Source of the DNA: Desulfocapsa sulfexigens DSM 10523
GTDB taxonomy: Bacteria > Desulfobacterota > Desulfobulbia > Desulfobulbales > Desulfocapsaceae
Length of the DNA: 32,000 nucleotides
Reading direction: 5' to 3'
Assembly (NCBI RefSeq): GCF_000341395.1
Contig: NC_020304.1
Location: forward strand, 510,001-542,000
Positions 11,088-20,211 of the stretch are shown here, piece by piece; within the stretch, counting starts at the first letter, position 1, and every line of letters starts with the position of its first letter. The position numbers and the translations under genes are program-made. The notes beneath the pieces were generated by a model. That model was not told the origin of the DNA, did no database searches, and was given only the letters and a program-made list of their open reading frames with translations.

Positions 11088-11907
11088 AGCTATGCACACC
11101 CCCAAGTAGGTAATTTACTCCCCAAAGAGTGAAAATTACGGCAATAAATCCGACAATAGACATAACCGCCGCCCGTTTGCCACGCCATCCCAAAGTAAAA
11201 CGCTGATGGATCTGAGCAGCATAAAGGAACCAGGTAATAAGTGACCAGGTCTCTTTTGGATCCCAATGCCAATAGGTACCCCAGGCCTGTCTGGCCCAAA
11301 TGGAACCAGTGATAATGCCAAGGGTTAAAAGACCAAAACCGGCGGTTAAACAGTGATTATTCAACTGATCAAGCGAATCAAGTGATGGAAGGCGACTGAA
11401 AAAGAAACCGAATTTTTTAGACTTCAGTTCCCGTTCCTGAAGCAGATACATGATGGCTCCGCAGAATGCCAGGGCCAGAAACCCATAGGCCATGACAGCA
11501 ACTCCAGCATGGACAGGAAGCCACAGTGACTGCAGGGCAGGAGCAAGGGGGTGAAACTCCCTGGACACCATGGCCGCAATAAGAAGCATGATGAATACCA
11601 ATATTGAAACAAATGTTCCAAAATTCCTCACCGAATAGCGCCAATGAAAAGAAAGATAGGCCCAGGTTACAGACCATGCAAAAAAGACTACGGCCTCATG
11701 CTGGGAAGTAATGGGAGTATGCCCTGCGATTATATAACGTGAGAGAATATAGAAACTCTGCAGAACTCCTGAGCCGATAAAGATCGTTCTCGCAATTGTA
11801 CGCAGATCTTCCCGCTGGCTGAAGAAAAAAACAAGATATACTGCCGAGGCCACAAAGCTGACGACCACGACACTGTTAAACAAAAGGTAGTTGATTTCAC
11901 TCAACAT
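11077..11907 (-). CDS. ccsB: Cytochrome c biogenesis protein, CcsB/ResC-like (CcsA domain)
   Basis: Multi-TM protein with the WGTYWHWDPKETWSLITWFLYAAQIHQR signature (tryptophan-rich heme-handling motif). Confidence 0.92.
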   Translation of the reverse strand: MLSEINYLLFNSVVVVSFVASAVYLVFFFSQREDLRTIARTIFIGSGVLQSFYILSRYIIAGHTPITSQHEAVVFFAWSVTWAYLSFHWRYSVRNFGTFVSILVFIMLLIAAMVSREFHPLAPALQSLWLPVHAGVAVMAYGFLALAFCGAIMYLLQERELKSKKFGFFFSRLPSLDSLDQLNNHCLTAGFGLLTLGIITGSIWARQAWGTYWHWDPKETWSLITWFLYAAQIHQRFTLGWRGKRAAVMSIVGFIAVIFTLWGVNYLLGGVHSYAQ

Positions 11908-11934
11908 AATTGAAGCCCCCAGGGGATTGGTGCG

Positions 11935-12624
11935 TCAAGGGATCTGTTCCTTATTAAAATTTTGTATATTTTTCACCAAAAGAGAAACATCAATTTCAGT
12001 GGGTAGAATATGCTGAAGCAGCATGCTGATTTCATTCCACCGCTCTTTTCTTATATGTTCTAAGATATCACTATCCAGTAATTTTTCAAATATTCTCTTA
12101 TGGGCAACGGGACTATCACTGGATGCAACTACCCTTCTCCGGATATCACTCATCATAGCGACAAAGAGGCCGTACTCAGGGCCATAGAGAGCTGCAAGCT
12201 CCCTTTTAATCCGCGCAGCAAATGCAGGGCTGCCGCCACCAGTGGCGACGGTGAAGAGTAATTTCCCCTGCCTGAACGAAGCGGGAACCTGAAAGGTACA
12301 GGCATCCGGCATATCAGCAACATTCACCAGCACTCCGGCAGCCTTTGCTGCTGCAACTATCTGCTTCTGAATTACAGGACTATCCGTTGCTGCAAAGACA
12401 AGCCTTGCATCCCCCAGATCCCCCGTCGCATATTTTTTCTTCTGCCATTCAAGTAATTCAGATCGGGCAAGGTCTTCCAGATGAGGACATACCTCAGGAC
12501 TGATAACACGAATTATGGCACCACAGGGAAGAAGAGAATCCACCTTACGGCTGGCAACATGTCCTCCACCAACAACCAGGCAGGGCATACCGCGAACATC
12601 TAAATTAACAGGATAAAGCGCCAT
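11935..12624 (-). CDS. Precorrin-2 dehydrogenase / sirohydrochlorin ferrochelatase-type siroheme synthase (CysG N-terminal domain family)
   Basis: MALYPVNLDVRGMPCLVVGGGHVASRKVDSLL...LVFAATDSPVIQKQIVAAAKAAGVLVNVADMPDACTFQVPASFRQGKLLFTVATGGGSPAFAARIKREL. Confidence 0.93.
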   Translation of the reverse strand: MALYPVNLDVRGMPCLVVGGGHVASRKVDSLLPCGAIIRVISPEVCPHLEDLARSELLEWQKKKYATGDLGDARLVFAATDSPVIQKQIVAAAKAAGVLVNVADMPDACTFQVPASFRQGKLLFTVATGGGSPAFAARIKRELAALYGPEYGLFVAMMSDIRRRVVASSDSPVAHKRIFEKLLDSDILEHIRKERWNEISMLLQHILPTEIDVSLLVKNIQNFNKEQIP

Positions 12625-12634
12625 AATTGTTTTT

Positions 12635-13330
12635 TTACTCTTCCTTTGCTCTCAAACGATTGATAATTATTGTGATATCCTGCCCATCCTTATGAATAGT
12701 CTGCTTGCTCCCGGCAATATTATATTCACTTCTGGCACGTTCCATAAACAGTGGCAAGCATTTTCTTCGCGCGTCGTGGGCCAGATAGATTGTTCCACCA
12801 GGCTTCAGGTATCGTCGGAACACATCAAGGAGAGGTTCAAAAAATTCTTCACGAAACAGAACCTCCGCGGCAGTAAGTATATCAAAAGGCGCCATTTCTG
12901 GCGGATCAAGCCAGTCCAGATGGGCGCATCGTACATTTGTCAAGCCGGAAGCTGCGACACTCACCTTCTGAAAGTCCATGATAATATCTTCGTAGTCAGT
13001 AAGGGTTACATCAAAGCCGCAGGCCGCTGCAGTAATCCCTGGGGCTCCGAGACCAGCTCCAATTTCCAGCAATGTCTGCCCCTTGGGATCTGGCAGGGAA
13101 GCTAAGGCATAGGAAAGAATCATGGCCGCCTCCCAGAGTTTTACCCAAAAAGGAAATTCAGTCACATCAGCAAAGGGATCCTTCCCCTCAAGGAACTCTT
13201 CAATATCTGCAACTTTCAACAGTCGAATGGACCGATCCTTGACCTTCAGCTTATCAAAGGTCAACTTGTACCTGCTACGGATACGATTGTATATTTCACG
13301 TTCTGCTTCGGGTAAGGTTCTAATATCCAT
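12635..13330 (-). CDS. Class I SAM-dependent methyltransferase (METTL21/EEF1AKMT-like protein methyltransferase fold)
   Basis: FPFWVKLWEAAMILSYALASLP...TLLEIGAGLGAPGITAAACGFDVTLTDYEDIIMD...DILTAAEVLFREEFFEPLLDVFRRYLKPGGTIYLAHDARR. Confidence 0.85.
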   Translation of the reverse strand: MDIRTLPEAEREIYNRIRSRYKLTFDKLKVKDRSIRLLKVADIEEFLEGKDPFADVTEFPFWVKLWEAAMILSYALASLPDPKGQTLLEIGAGLGAPGITAAACGFDVTLTDYEDIIMDFQKVSVAASGLTNVRCAHLDWLDPPEMAPFDILTAAEVLFREEFFEPLLDVFRRYLKPGGTIYLAHDARRKCLPLFMERARSEYNIAGSKQTIHKDGQDITIIINRLRAKEE

Positions 13331-13607
13331 AACAGGTTTACAAACTCAATTAATTTCTCAGTTAATATATAACAGCTGACAAGGCATGAGAAACGCCAGC
13401 GCTGCAGGGTTATTTCAATACATTGCAGATTCCCGCCCTTCTCTGACCATACAGCAGGAATATTTTGAACAAATATCATCTCCAGGTGCACACCAACACA
13501 TGGAAACAGCAAACGGTCCTGTGCAAAAGCTTCACGAAATTCTTTTCAAAAAATTGAGATAGGCACAGACTTTAAACGAATTCCATGGAAAGTAAAAAAC
13601 AAAAAAA

Positions 13608-13640
13608 AGGGCCGATTGATATCAGTTATCAATCGGCCCT
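13608..13640 (-). terminator. Rho-independent terminator for the 13673..13879 gene
   Basis: agggccgattgata-tcagt-tatcaatcggccct, a 14 bp perfect stem. The adjacent + strand A run (13601-13608) becomes a U run in the - strand transcript. Confidence 0.88.
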
Positions 13641-13672
13641 CACAAGCTAACTAAAAAACGGGGTTATGTCAA

Positions 13673-13879
13673 TTAGCAACCCTCGATGGCAGCACCACCA
13701 CTTTTCTTAGCTTTAACTTTTACGCTGTCACCAGCTTTGAGGCTGTCAGCTTTCTTACAGGTCATTGTAACTTTGTCGCCATCTACTGCATCAACAGTAC
13801 ATGTAACAGTTGCTGCAACAGCTACGGTGCTTACAGCGAAAGTAAGGGCCAATAATACAGAAACGATACCTTTTTTCAT
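13673..13879 (-). CDS. Small secreted cysteine- and lysine-rich protein (68 aa)
   Basis: From the internal ATG: MKKGIVSVLLALTFAVSTVAVAATVTCTVDAVDGDKVTMTCKKADSLKAGDSVKVKAKKSGGAAIEGC. Clear signal peptide, RBS-like TGAGGAGAA upstream, terminator downstream. The longer track start (13984) is unlikely. Confidence 0.8.
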   Translation of the reverse strand: MKKGIVSVLLALTFAVSTVAVAATVTCTVDAVDGDKVTMTCKKADSLKAGDSVKVKAKKSGGAAIEGC

Positions 13880-14008
13880 TGTTTTCTCCTCAATGACAGT
13901 TTTTTTTAGTTCCCTGGAACAATTCCAGAATTTCAGACTTACGATTTGAGTAAACAGTATAGAATCCAACCTAACACTTGTCAACCCTAATCAGTGAAAA
14001 AATGAATA

Positions 14009-14512
14009 CTAATTCATTATGCTCTTGATATCATTTTCAAGCACAACATGCGGAACATAACCGGGATATTTCTTCACCACGGTCCCCTGACTATTCACCA
14101 GAAAAGAAGTAGGGATCCCCACAACACCACCAAAATCACGGGCTGTCGATCTGTCCGCCATGAGTACGGGATAATTTATAGAGCGTTTTTCAACTAATTT
14201 CTTAACCGCCTTCGGTCCGCCTTCATCTACCGAGAGGGCAACAACTGAAAAGCCGTTAGCTCTGTATTTTTCATGGAGACGGATCAGGTCAGGAACTTCC
14301 TGCATACAGGGAGGACACCAGGTGGCAAAAAAGGTCACCAAAAGGGTCTTGCCTGAAAAAAGTTTACTATTAACAGCATCACCTGTCACCACATCGGAAA
14401 GAACGAAGGAAGGCATTTTTGATGCCGCAGCGGCTGGTTGGACAAAGAGCATCAGCACAAGAACAGTTGCAAAAAACACCCCCGCGCAACGGGAATAGCA
14501 ATTTCGTTTCAT
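14009..14512 (-). CDS. TlpA/ResA-like thiol-disulfide oxidoreductase
   Basis: Signal peptide followed by a thioredoxin-like fold with FFATWCPPCMQEVPDLIRLH and cis-Pro region GGVVGIPTSFLVNSQG. Confidence 0.92.
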   Translation of the reverse strand: MKRNCYSRCAGVFFATVLVLMLFVQPAAAASKMPSFVLSDVVTGDAVNSKLFSGKTLLVTFFATWCPPCMQEVPDLIRLHEKYRANGFSVVALSVDEGGPKAVKKLVEKRSINYPVLMADRSTARDFGGVVGIPTSFLVNSQGTVVKKYPGYVPHVVLENDIKSIMN

Positions 14513-14845
14513 AAAAAATCCTTTTTAACGGTTGAAGATTTCTTAAACAGAATCAAACACAGATTAATATAGTATTTGCTATATGCTCTAGAGCAAAGTA
14601 TTCAATCTTTAGAGAAAGTCAACCTACAACACATAGAATGACAGAGTCATCTTCCTGAAAATCCGTCTTACACTGTACCTCATAATCAACAATTCCGCTG
14701 CAATCTTTATCTTTTTTCAAAGGACAATGACTTTTTTCTTCAGAAATGCTGTCCCGATAAGCAATTTATGGTAGAGTAGCTCAATTTTATTGTCGGCTTC
14801 TCCTGTGATGCCATTCCCTTTTCCCATGAATAACACAATTCGATC

Positions 14846-15859
14846 ATGAATAAATCCCTCTGCTCCAGAGCTTTACTCACGGCCATAGTCCTTATTGCTA
14901 TCTCTCCCTTTACGTCAAGCCTCAATGCTGCCCAGCTGGTAGATCGAGTCGTCGCCATTGTAAATGATGACGTAATCACCATGTCTGAGGTAAATACCGA
15001 AGGGGCAAGCTATTTCAGACAAATCAACGAAAAAGCTCCGCCGGCACAGGTAGAGGATGCATTAGCTCGTGCCAGAGAAGAAGTACTTGGCAGTCTGATC
15101 GACAAAAAACTCATTGCCCAGGAAGCTGAAAAACAGCATGTAACAGTCTCCGACGAGGAAGTGCAGGCTGCCGCAGAGCAGATGCTCATCAACAACAAAA
15201 TCACCAGAGAAATACTCGAGACCCAGCTGGCCCAAACAGGTATGACTTACGAATCATACCTCAACAGTCTGAGGAACCAAATCCTTCAGTCCAAGCTTAT
15301 TAATTACGAAATTCGCTCCAGAATTATCATCACCGACGATATGGTTCTTGATTACTATGATACTCACTACACCAAGCATATCAGTGAGGGCGGCTACTAC
15401 CTCATGCAGATGGGCTTTATCTGGGGAAAATCCGGTGGCAACCAATCTGATGCTGTTAAATATGCTGACAAAATGGACGCAAAAAAACGCGCCGAACGGG
15501 TTCATGCTCTGGTCACAGGAGGCCAGGATTTCCGAATACTGGCCCAGAAATTCTCAGATCTTCCGTCTGCTGCTGATGGTGGGGATTTGGGCATTTTCCA
15601 GAAGGAAGATATGGCACCCTACATGCAGGATGCGATCCTGGATCTCAAACCTGGTTCAGTCAGTGAAATCATCGAAACGCCTTCCGGGTATCAGTTTTTT
15701 AAACTTCTTTCAAGCCAGGACGGTCAGATTGTGGTTCAAGCATCTTTCGACTCTGTAAAAGAAGAAATCAGAAAAAAACTCTATGACGAACAACTCAAGA
15801 AACAGTTTGATGAGTGGGTTATGGACATCAAAAACAATGCATATATCGACAAGTTGTAA
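14846..15859 (+). CDS. SurA-like periplasmic chaperone / parvulin-type peptidyl-prolyl isomerase
   Basis: Signal peptide, SurA_N pattern LVDRVVAIVNDDVITMSEVNTEG, and PpiC-like C-terminal domain FSDLPSAADGGDLGIFQKEDMAPYMQDAILDLKPGSVSEIIETPSGYQFFKL. Confidence 0.9.
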   Translation: MNKSLCSRALLTAIVLIAISPFTSSLNAAQLVDRVVAIVNDDVITMSEVNTEGASYFRQINEKAPPAQVEDALARAREEVLGSLIDKKLIAQEAEKQHVTVSDEEVQAAAEQMLINNKITREILETQLAQTGMTYESYLNSLRNQILQSKLINYEIRSRIIITDDMVLDYYDTHYTKHISEGGYYLMQMGFIWGKSGGNQSDAVKYADKMDAKKRAERVHALVTGGQDFRILAQKFSDLPSAADGGDLGIFQKEDMAPYMQDAILDLKPGSVSEIIETPSGYQFFKLLSSQDGQIVVQASFDSVKEEIRKKLYDEQLKKQFDEWVMDIKNNAYIDKL

Positions 15860-15995
15860 GGAATTCAGACGAACTGTTTCAATCTAACAACTTTAAAACT
15901 CCAGATGACTGAACAAGACACTTCCACAGGAACAACGATTCCGCATGGATGGGGATTTTGCAAGCCACCTGTCACAGATGATCAAGGTGACCACA

Positions 15996-16907
15996 ATGTC
16001 TCATGAAGCCACACAAACAACAGAACAAACACTTGGTAGTTACCTCCGCGAACAGCGACAGCAGAAAGGACTATCACTCTCCGAGGTAAGTGATAGTACC
16101 AAAATTTCTTTGCCTATACTCAATGCCATAGAGGATAATGACTACGAGCGCATGCCAGCTGATGCATTTTGCCGGGGATTCTACAACATGTACGCAAAAC
16201 TCCTGGAACTTGATCCACAGGAGATTCTGACGCAGTACGAAGCAGGTAGAGGAATACATCCAAAAACATCCAGAAAACCCGCCAAACCACCGCTTATAGA
16301 AAGCCAGAAATTTGCAAATTACGCAGACCCCGCTCCCATCTCACCGGCAACCAGTATGACTTTTTTCATTACAGCCTGTTTAGTTATTTTTATTGGGGTC
16401 TGCTGGTATTTTAACTTCAACCCCATAAACTATATCAGCAGCAGACTCATTCCACCTCAATCAGGAATTGAGACTATTGAGCAATTCACAGTCGCGCCAG
16501 AAGAAGGTGTAACCATCAAGCCTTTACCTTCTTCCGTCAGCAGCAACCGAGAAGAAGAAGTCTCTGCAGTCATTCCCTCCTCCGCTACCCTTTCCGTTAC
16601 AGACAAGGAAACGACGGAAACATTACCCAAAGAAGGAGAAAAGGACAGCTCAGCAGTTGCACCCTACCATCTCAAAATAGACTTCAACAGCAGTGGAACA
16701 CTTAAGGTGACACTGGATGACGGTTTTGTTCTTGATAAAAACTTCAACGCTGGGGAGTCCCTGGAATGGAAGGTGGAAAAAAAGATCATACTCGACATGC
16801 CTGAATCCCTCAGCGGAACACTCACGCTCAACGGAATAGAGATACCTCTCCCTGAGACTGAAAATAACAGACGCCTGCTGTCTCTCCCAGAGGATCTTCT
16901 TGATTGA
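15996..16907 (+). CDS. RodZ-like HTH/TM protein with C-terminal DUF4115-type domain
   Basis: N-terminal HTH LGSYLREQRQQKGLSLSEVSDSTKISLPILNAIEDNDYERMPADAFCRGFYNMYAKLL, one TM (MTFFITACLVIFIGVCWYF), C-terminal beta domain. ATG at 15996 has AAGGTGA upstream. Confidence 0.85.
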   Translation: MSHEATQTTEQTLGSYLREQRQQKGLSLSEVSDSTKISLPILNAIEDNDYERMPADAFCRGFYNMYAKLLELDPQEILTQYEAGRGIHPKTSRKPAKPPLIESQKFANYADPAPISPATSMTFFITACLVIFIGVCWYFNFNPINYISSRLIPPQSGIETIEQFTVAPEEGVTIKPLPSSVSSNREEEVSAVIPSSATLSVTDKETTETLPKEGEKDSSAVAPYHLKIDFNSSGTLKVTLDDGFVLDKNFNAGESLEWKVEKKIILDMPESLSGTLTLNGIEIPLPETENNRRLLSLPEDLLD

Positions 16908-17033
16908 CAGGTGATTACCAACCCGCCTTACTCATGCTTTTTCAGCCCTTTTGAAGGTTGAACATTTTGCAAATAAACAGGCTACAGTTCGGCCTTATGA
17001 CAAAAAATATGCCACCACCTCAACTCGTGAGAA

Positions 17034-17795
17034 ATGCAGCCTAAGCAACAGGCTGAATCTGCAGCCATCGTACTCGACTGCCGTGATCATGGTGAATCAG
17101 ATCTGATTGTGACCTTTTTTTGTCAACATCACGGAAGAGTAACTGGAATTGCCAAGGGAGCAAAACGCAGCAAAAAACGCTTTGTCAACAAACTAGAACT
17201 CTTCAGTTCTCTGCGCATTCTCCATACCACGCCACAAAACAACCGGCTGGCTTTTATTGCTGGAGCGGAGCTTCTGGATGGCTTCATCAACCTGCGTGAG
17301 GACATTTCCTGTTATGCAACTGCAAGTATTATCAGAGAAATCACTCTGCTAGCCACAAAAGAGGTTGAAGGTGACGAAGAACTCTACCCACTTCTGATGT
17401 GGGTTTTCAGCAGCTTAAACAATGAACGCCCTCCCATCCCTGCACTTGTCTTCTTTCTCATCCGTTTTTTTTCAATTATCGGCTACAGCCCCCAACTGAA
17501 AAGCTGCCTTGGCTGCGGCAAGCAACTTCAGTCGGACGAAACCTACCAATTTCATATCGCATCCGGGGGGATCTGCTGCAGTAAGTGTAACAGCTCAGAA
17601 CATTCAAGCAGGCACACATTATCACAGGGAACCTTGCGCTCCCTGACAACCGCACTCAACCAGCCACTGGGACGTCTCCATCGCCTGCAGCTTTCGGGAA
17701 ACAGCCAGCAGGAAGCCCTTTCCTTTCTTCACTCCTACGGACGCCAACTGTTTCAACGGGAAATTATCTCCTGGGCCTTTCTGGAAAACTTATAA
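17034..17795 (+). CDS. recO: DNA repair protein RecO
   Basis: IVLDCRDHGESDLIVTFFCQHHGRVTGIAKGAKRSKKRFVNKLELFS at the N-terminus and a Cys cluster CLGCGKQL...GGICCSKC. Confidence 0.93.
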   Translation: MQPKQQAESAAIVLDCRDHGESDLIVTFFCQHHGRVTGIAKGAKRSKKRFVNKLELFSSLRILHTTPQNNRLAFIAGAELLDGFINLREDISCYATASIIREITLLATKEVEGDEELYPLLMWVFSSLNNERPPIPALVFFLIRFFSIIGYSPQLKSCLGCGKQLQSDETYQFHIASGGICCSKCNSSEHSSRHTLSQGTLRSLTTALNQPLGRLHRLQLSGNSQQEALSFLHSYGRQLFQREIISWAFLENL

Positions 17796-17801
17796 ACCTG
17801 A

Positions 17802-18731
17802 CTATTCCCTGCAATAACGAACTTCACCACTGTTTTCCACACTGGTAGAACCATCGTCGTGCTGTAAAATCAGGCCACCGTCGGTAGTAACACCATGAAC
17901 CACAGCTTCATACTGAGGATTCTCCATCACATCATAGCCAAAGAGGACTCGTTTTCCCAGGGTGTCCGACAACTCCTTCCAACGTTTCAAAATCGGATGT
18001 TCCTCTTCGTAAGTTTCTCCGCCACCTCGTGCCAGCCACCGTTCCTCTTCATATAACAGTAGCCCTATATAATAGCGCATCTTTGCCAGGAAGGAGAGTC
18101 CAAAGGAAACCGTATCAATGGAATGTCCTAAAACCTGGGTCAGTGAAATTGCGGTCTCCTGCAACTCCGGAGGAAAGGTGCTGTTGTTAAGGTTCAGCCC
18201 AAACCCAAGGAGGTGATACTGTTCCCCGTAAACCGGACTGCGGAATCCTTCAATAAGAAAGCCTGCCTGCTTTCTTCCCTGTATAAGCACATCATTGACC
18301 CAGCGAATGGCAGCCTCTGAAGCGCCAAACTGCTGCAATGCTTCACAACAGGCAATACCTGGAATTAATGGGAGAAAGTTTCTGAACGGAGCAAGAAAGG
18401 TATCGGCAAGAATCAGACAGCCCCACAGTCCACCGGGGGGGGCATACCAGGATCTGCAAAAACGCCCTTTGGAAAGAGAGAGTGAAGAGGCAAGAATAAC
18501 ACTGCCGTTGGCAACGGACCTGCCAGATTCTTCCCGGGAGGAGATATGCTCACGTGCCGTATCCATGGCACGACCAAGAGAAGGATACACAAGAACAACA
18601 GAGCCCACATAGGCCCCATAACGTAGGACCGTTGCACTGTCCGGTGAGCCTCCTTGCTTGCGCAGAGGTAACTCGACGGTTACAACATAATCATCAAGAG
18701 TGAATGGACTTAAGAGAGTTAAATTGTCCAA
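17802..18731 (-). CDS. Biotin--[acetyl-CoA-carboxylase] ligase (BirA/BPL catalytic-domain) family protein
   Basis: GSVILASSLSLSKGRFCRSWYAPPGGLWGCLIL, AIRWVNDVLIQGRKQAGFLIE, LLGFGLNLNN. The sequence deviates from the usual GRGRxGRxW and KWPNDV motifs. Confidence 0.8.
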   Translation of the reverse strand: MDNLTLLSPFTLDDYVVTVELPLRKQGGSPDSATVLRYGAYVGSVVLVYPSLGRAMDTAREHISSREESGRSVANGSVILASSLSLSKGRFCRSWYAPPGGLWGCLILADTFLAPFRNFLPLIPGIACCEALQQFGASEAAIRWVNDVLIQGRKQAGFLIEGFRSPVYGEQYHLLGFGLNLNNSTFPPELQETAISLTQVLGHSIDTVSFGLSFLAKMRYYIGLLLYEEERWLARGGGETYEEEHPILKRWKELSDTLGKRVLFGYDVMENPQYEAVVHGVTTDGGLILQHDDGSTSVENSGEVRYCRE

Positions 18732-18800
18732 AATCTAATTACGGATTTTCAAAGATAAGAAAAAAAGGCCGCATAGTTTTGGTGCCTGCAAACACCAAAA

Positions 18801-19457
18801 TTATTCTTTTTTATCCCAGTCAGCCTTAACCCTGGTAATGATTTTCTTAATAAGCGGCAGCTTATCGGCAGGACAAACCCCAATCAAAGGCGCACCCTGA
18901 TCCACAGAAACACCAGGCGTAAAATAGACAGAATGAATAACACCCTTTTCACCACTGTAATAAACAGGCGTATCCCGTTTCATCAGCGACATGATAATAA
19001 TCTCATCCCCTGGCTTAATCGACACCTCGCGGGCACTCTTTTTCTCGATACGTGACTGCACGTCCAGCGAAAAAAAGTATTTGGCTCGTTCGGGTGCGTG
19101 AAAGATAAAGAGAACTTCCTTGAGGATTGATTCTATAATCTCCTTTTTCTTCAAGGGGTGGCGAATGGTCATCAACTTCTCTCCCGCCTCCACAAAACAC
19201 CCCTCATGCTCACTGCAAAGAGAGGAAACGACACCATTGGTCAGTGCCGTAACCTTTTTCGGATTCCTCTCTCTTGTGATCTCAAAAAGAGCTGTGCCAG
19301 GAATATGTTTCCACTCACCACTGACTGCCTCTATACTGCTGCCCTCTTCGACAAGAAACCGTACCTTTCCGGTGTGACTTGCGAAAATATCAACATACTC
19401 ATAGGGATCCGAGTGGTATTTCCCTAGTATTTCATCAAAATCTATTTCGTCAGACAT
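18801..19457 (-). CDS. Biotinyl/lipoyl-like domain protein (BCCP-like), no obvious biotinylation Lys motif
   Basis: Two hammerhead-like segments: TALTNGVVSSLCSEHEGCFVEAGEKLMTIRHP and GEKGVIHSVYFTPGVSVDQGAPLIGVCP. Adjacent to the BPL-like gene. The canonical (E/A)(A/S)MK(M/L) motif is not seen. Confidence 0.65.
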   Translation of the reverse strand: MSDEIDFDEILGKYHSDPYEYVDIFASHTGKVRFLVEEGSSIEAVSGEWKHIPGTALFEITRERNPKKVTALTNGVVSSLCSEHEGCFVEAGEKLMTIRHPLKKKEIIESILKEVLFIFHAPERAKYFFSLDVQSRIEKKSAREVSIKPGDEIIIMSLMKRDTPVYYSGEKGVIHSVYFTPGVSVDQGAPLIGVCPADKLPLIKKIITRVKADWDKKE

Positions 19458-19478
19458 TGTATATTTATGGTTTTTGTA

Positions 19479-20045
19479 TCAGTGCGTACTACCGTGTCCG
19501 GTGTCCCCTGCGGCGGCACCATGATCTGCTGCTGCAGCATGATGAGCTTTAACCTTGGGAGCCAGGGCTACCTGCATATCAACAATCTGGCAATCGGAAC
19601 GAACAATACTGTTACTGATAAACATTTTATTGTAAAAAGTAAAACTCCCCTTATCGTGAGCTTTCACCGTATCATAGACAACCCATTTATCACGTCCCTT
19701 CTCAACACCAGCCGAATCAAAAAGAGTACAGAGGATAGCTATATTTTTCACATCATCTCCCCCCTTGTTTTCAATAGTAAAGGAGGCATCAACCATCTCA
19801 TTTTTTTGGGCAACCTTGACGTTTGACTGAACAAGAGACACGGAATGAAGTAACTCCGCAGCAGAATCCGAAACTGTTATCTCCGGTAGCAGGATTCCTG
19901 CAATTCCGTTCGATGACGCATTAAATTTCGTCACAGCAAAGGCAACGAGACAAAGAACTACTGCACTTAAACCAATGTTTCCCCAGAACTTCCCATTCAT
20001 GACACTTCCCCCTCTCCCTGAATAACTAAAGTCATTATGTGACAA
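19479..20045 (-). CDS. Membrane-anchored protein with extracytoplasmic beta-type domain and His-rich C-terminal tail
   Basis: N-terminal TM (IGLSAVVLCLVAFAVT), FTIENKGGDDVKNIAILCTLFDSAGVEKGRDKWVVYDTV (FxLYD/CARDB-like flavour), tail HHAAAADHGAAAGDTGHGSTH. Confidence 0.75.
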   Translation of the reverse strand: MSHNDFSYSGRGGSVMNGKFWGNIGLSAVVLCLVAFAVTKFNASSNGIAGILLPEITVSDSAAELLHSVSLVQSNVKVAQKNEMVDASFTIENKGGDDVKNIAILCTLFDSAGVEKGRDKWVVYDTVKAHDKGSFTFYNKMFISNSIVRSDCQIVDMQVALAPKVKAHHAAAADHGAAAGDTGHGSTH

Positions 20046-20211
20046 TGCAAACTTAAAAGACTATTTTATACTGAGATAATTCTGCGATGGCAAGCCTATT
20101 CGTAGGAACCACTCTGTGATTTTGAGCTTTATCCCCCTGGCAGACAATGCTATAAGAAGTGAAAAGGAAGAAAGTGGCGGCTCATACGCAAATACAAAAA
20201 AAGCTGATACT

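Noticed and set aside
14740-14982. 80-aa - strand ORF overlapping the SurA-like start
   Set aside because: Antisense to the SurA signal peptide region, with no RBS or recognisable features.
18425-18450. G-rich tract (ccgggggggg) as a possible phase-variable site or G-quadruplex
   Set aside because: A single G run in the BPL-like CDS, where it encodes the APPGG segment, with the frame intact and no additional G runs to form a quadruplex.
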